From contig CAMDKM010000014.1 in NCBI GenBank assembly GCA_945900965.1, positions 22,831 through 86,830 of the forward strand: 64,000 bases of DNA, written 5' to 3'. The notes beneath the pieces were generated by a model. That model was not told the DNA's origin and did no database searches. It worked only from the letters and a program-made list of their open reading frames with translations. Source of the stretch: Bordetella parapertussis. GTDB taxonomy: Bacteria; Pseudomonadota; Gammaproteobacteria; Burkholderiales; JACQAP01. Shown one piece after another: positions 62,343-64,000 of the stretch (position 1 is the first letter of the stretch; every line of letters begins with the position of its first letter). The position numbers and the translations under genes were made by a program.

Positions 62343-63509
62343 CTATTCGCGCTCCATGATGAGCGTCGCACTCGCGTGGCGAGTCCCCAGTTGCCCGCCG
62401 GTGCCCTGCGCCAGGGCCAGACGGCAGTTCGGCACCTGGACCTTGGGATGGGCTTCGCCACGCAACTGGCGCACGGCTTCGATCACCTTGGTCATGCCCC
62501 CGCGGTTGGCCGGATGGTTGTTGCACAGGCCGCCGCCGTCGGTATTGAAGGGCAGCTTGCCTGTCCCCGAAATCAGATTGCCGTCGGCTACAAATTTTCC
62601 GCCCTCGCCTTTCTTGCAGAAACCCAAGTCTTCGAGCTGCATCAGCACGGTGATGGTGAAGCTGTCGTAGATCGAGGCGTACTGGATGTCGGAGGGCTTG
62701 ACGCCGGCTTCGGCAAACGCGGCCGGCCCGGACCATGCCGCGCCAGAGGTAGTGAGATCGATTTTCCCGCCATTCTGCCCCTTGGGTGCTTCGCCGCTAC
62801 CGAGGATCTTCACCAGCGGGCGTTTGAGCTGCTTCGCAATTTCCGGTCGCGCGACGATCAACGCCCCGCCTCCGTCCGTGACCACGCAGCAGTCGAGGCG
62901 ATGCAGGGGGTCGGCAATCAGCGGGGAAGCGAGAACGTCTTCGACGGTGACCACCTCACGCAGCATCGCATGTTCGTTGTATTGGGCATGATGGGAGGCC
63001 GCCACCTTGATCCACGCCAGTTGTTGGCTGGTGGTACCAAATTCGTGCATATGGCGCATGGCCACCATGCCATAGCCATTGGCGGTGGCCATGCCGTAGG
63101 GAAATTCGTAGCCGGCATCTGGCGCCGCGGCGCCGTAATTTCGCGGCTGGGTGCCGGAGGAGCCTTCGGAGCGCGGCCGCCCGGCCAAGGTAATCAATGC
63201 CACGCTGCACTTTCCCAGCGCAATGGCTTGCGCCGCGTGGGCGACGTGCACAAGGTAGGACGAGCCGCCCGTGTCCGTAGAATCGACATGACGCACCTTC
63301 AGCCCCATGTAATCGACCATCGACAGCGGCCCCAGGCCCGGCGCGTCGCCAGCACAGAAATAACCGTCAATATCCTTTTTGGTGAGGCCTGCGTCGAGCA
63401 GCGCGCCGCGCGCCGATTCGGCATGTAGTTGCGCGACCGATTTGTCCGGCGCTTTGCGGGTCGGGTGCTCGTAGGCGCCGACAATGTAGGACTTGCCTCT
63501 GATAGTCAT
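62343..63509 (-). CDS. thiolase-like protein (SCP-x/lipid-transfer type acetyl-CoA acetyltransferase family)
   Basis: 388 aa with a thiolase-fold pattern (..GGGLCNNHPANRGGMT.., NTDGGGL). It shows the typical pairing with DUF35. Confidence 0.8.
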   Translation of the reverse strand: MTIRGKSYIVGAYEHPTRKAPDKSVAQLHAESARGALLDAGLTKKDIDGYFCAGDAPGLGPLSMVDYMGLKVRHVDSTDTGGSSYLVHVAHAAQAIALGKCSVALITLAGRPRSEGSSGTQPRNYGAAAPDAGYEFPYGMATANGYGMVAMRHMHEFGTTSQQLAWIKVAASHHAQYNEHAMLREVVTVEDVLASPLIADPLHRLDCCVVTDGGGALIVARPEIAKQLKRPLVKILGSGEAPKGQNGGKIDLTTSGAAWSGPAAFAEAGVKPSDIQYASIYDSFTITVLMQLEDLGFCKKGEGGKFVADGNLISGTGKLPFNTDGGGLCNNHPANRGGMTKVIEAVRQLRGEAHPKVQVPNCRLALAQGTGGQLGTRHASATLIMERE

Positions 63510-63693
63510 GGGGAGGTTTTTGTGGTGGTCGATCCGTTCGAAGCTAAACTATAGCAATAGTGTGCAGGCTGTCGGAACGAATCGCTTTCGGCTTTGCAAA
63601 TGCCCGATGGGCAGCGCGCACGGTACCGGAAGCTTCCAGGCGCGTTTGTAAGGTGGGGGGAGGCGCAAAGCGCCGAAACCCTTCGGTTGCATT

Positions 63694-63725
63694 GATGGGT
63701 ATCGCTCGCGCTCCACCCATCCTAC
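63694..63725 (-). repeat. REP-like hairpin with 5' GTAG
   Basis: The minus strand reads GTAG-GATGGGT-GGAGCGCGAGCGAT-ACCCATC: a 7-bp stem preceded by GTAG. Confidence 0.4.
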
Positions 63726-63815
63726 GAGGGTATTCAGTGCGGGCGATGCGGATTCAACATCTCGCGGCGGGCAGATGCCAGCAGGACCGACACTCAATCA
63801 AGGAAGGGGAATGCA

Positions 63816-64000
63816 ATGAGCAAGATGCTGGAAGGCAAAGTGGTCGTGGTCACGGGCGCGGGAGGGGGTATCGGCCGTGATTTCGCTCTGGCGATGGCGG
63901 CCAACGGCGCCAAAGTAGTCGTCAACGACATCGGGGTTTCTGTGACGGGTGAAGGCAAGGACGCCGGCCCGGCGCAAAAGGTGGTGGAGGAGATCAAGGC
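63816..64000 (+). CDS. SDR family oxidoreductase, 5' part (runs off the window)
   Basis: Not in the ORF track (no stop within the window). ATG 63816 after AGGAAGGGGA. My translation is MSKMLEGKVVVVTGAGGGIGRDFALAMAANGAKVVVNDIG. Confidence 0.8.
   Translation, partial: MSKMLEGKVVVVTGAGGGIGRDFALAMAANGAKVVVNDIGVSVTGEGKDAGPAQKVVEEIK

Noticed and set aside
1-64000. rRNA, tRNA, tmRNA, integrase or prophage genes, CRISPR-cas, and integron features.
   Set aside because: I scanned all intergenic regions longer than 80 bp by eye. I found no cloverleaf-like or rRNA-like sequence and no phage or integrase ORF. A covariance-model scan (tRNAscan/Infernal) would be needed to exclude small ncRNAs.

Overview
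64-kb high-GC proteobacterial chromosomal segment (beta/gamma-like gene content) with about 50 protein-coding genes. I saw no rRNA, tRNA or CRISPR array. All functional calls are by-eye motif recognition and none is database-verified.

Zone 1 (1.7-22.1 kb) is a co-directional minus-strand cell-surface locus and my best candidate for an undescribed secretion/assembly system. In order of transcription it encodes:
- a metzincin/IPT lipoprotein;
- two paralogous ~380-400 aa two-domain DUF11-like secreted proteins flanking a 171-aa single-domain one;
- a ~2050-aa protein (Ig/CnaB/DUF11 modules, internal OmpA-like domain, Big_1-like domains, ~850-aa predicted beta-barrel) that is split by a single in-frame TGA;
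- two giant adhesin-like proteins (1019 aa beta-helix type; 1525 aa propeller plus DUF11 array) that share a ~149-aa C-terminal module.
A ~300-bp fossil of the barrel gene's 3' end sits in front of the last adhesin gene and preserves the ATGA stop/start overlap.

Zone 2 (22-55.8 kb) is mostly housekeeping and metabolic. It holds a bicupin, GloB-like, NIPSNAP and HpcH aldolase group, a DUF1800/DUF1501 pair, Prc, a serine hydrolase, CbpA/CbpM, and an SMP-30/SDR/enolase-superfamily group. It also holds an ABC-FtsX-DUF3299 trio, a cNMP-binding protein coupled to YhhQ, DUF805, LEA_2, a second MsrA, a response-regulator/class III cyclase, a class II aldolase, PncB and IorAB.

Zone 3 (55.9-61.9 kb) looks like a small accessory islet. 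It holds an AbrB-type antitoxin plus a Doc toxin whose Fic-motif His is Arg, two small unknown proteins, and a 1070-aa MalT-like STAND ATPase ending in a SARP (wHTH+BTAD) module. It also holds a RayT/IS200-like Y1 transposase bracketed by 13-bp perfect inverted repeats. DUF35/thiolase/SDR genes follow it.

Several intergenic regions carry a family of composite elements: inverted arms built from 8-9-nt tandem units (TCCTCYGYG) around a related 55-90-bp core. The two arms covary between copies.
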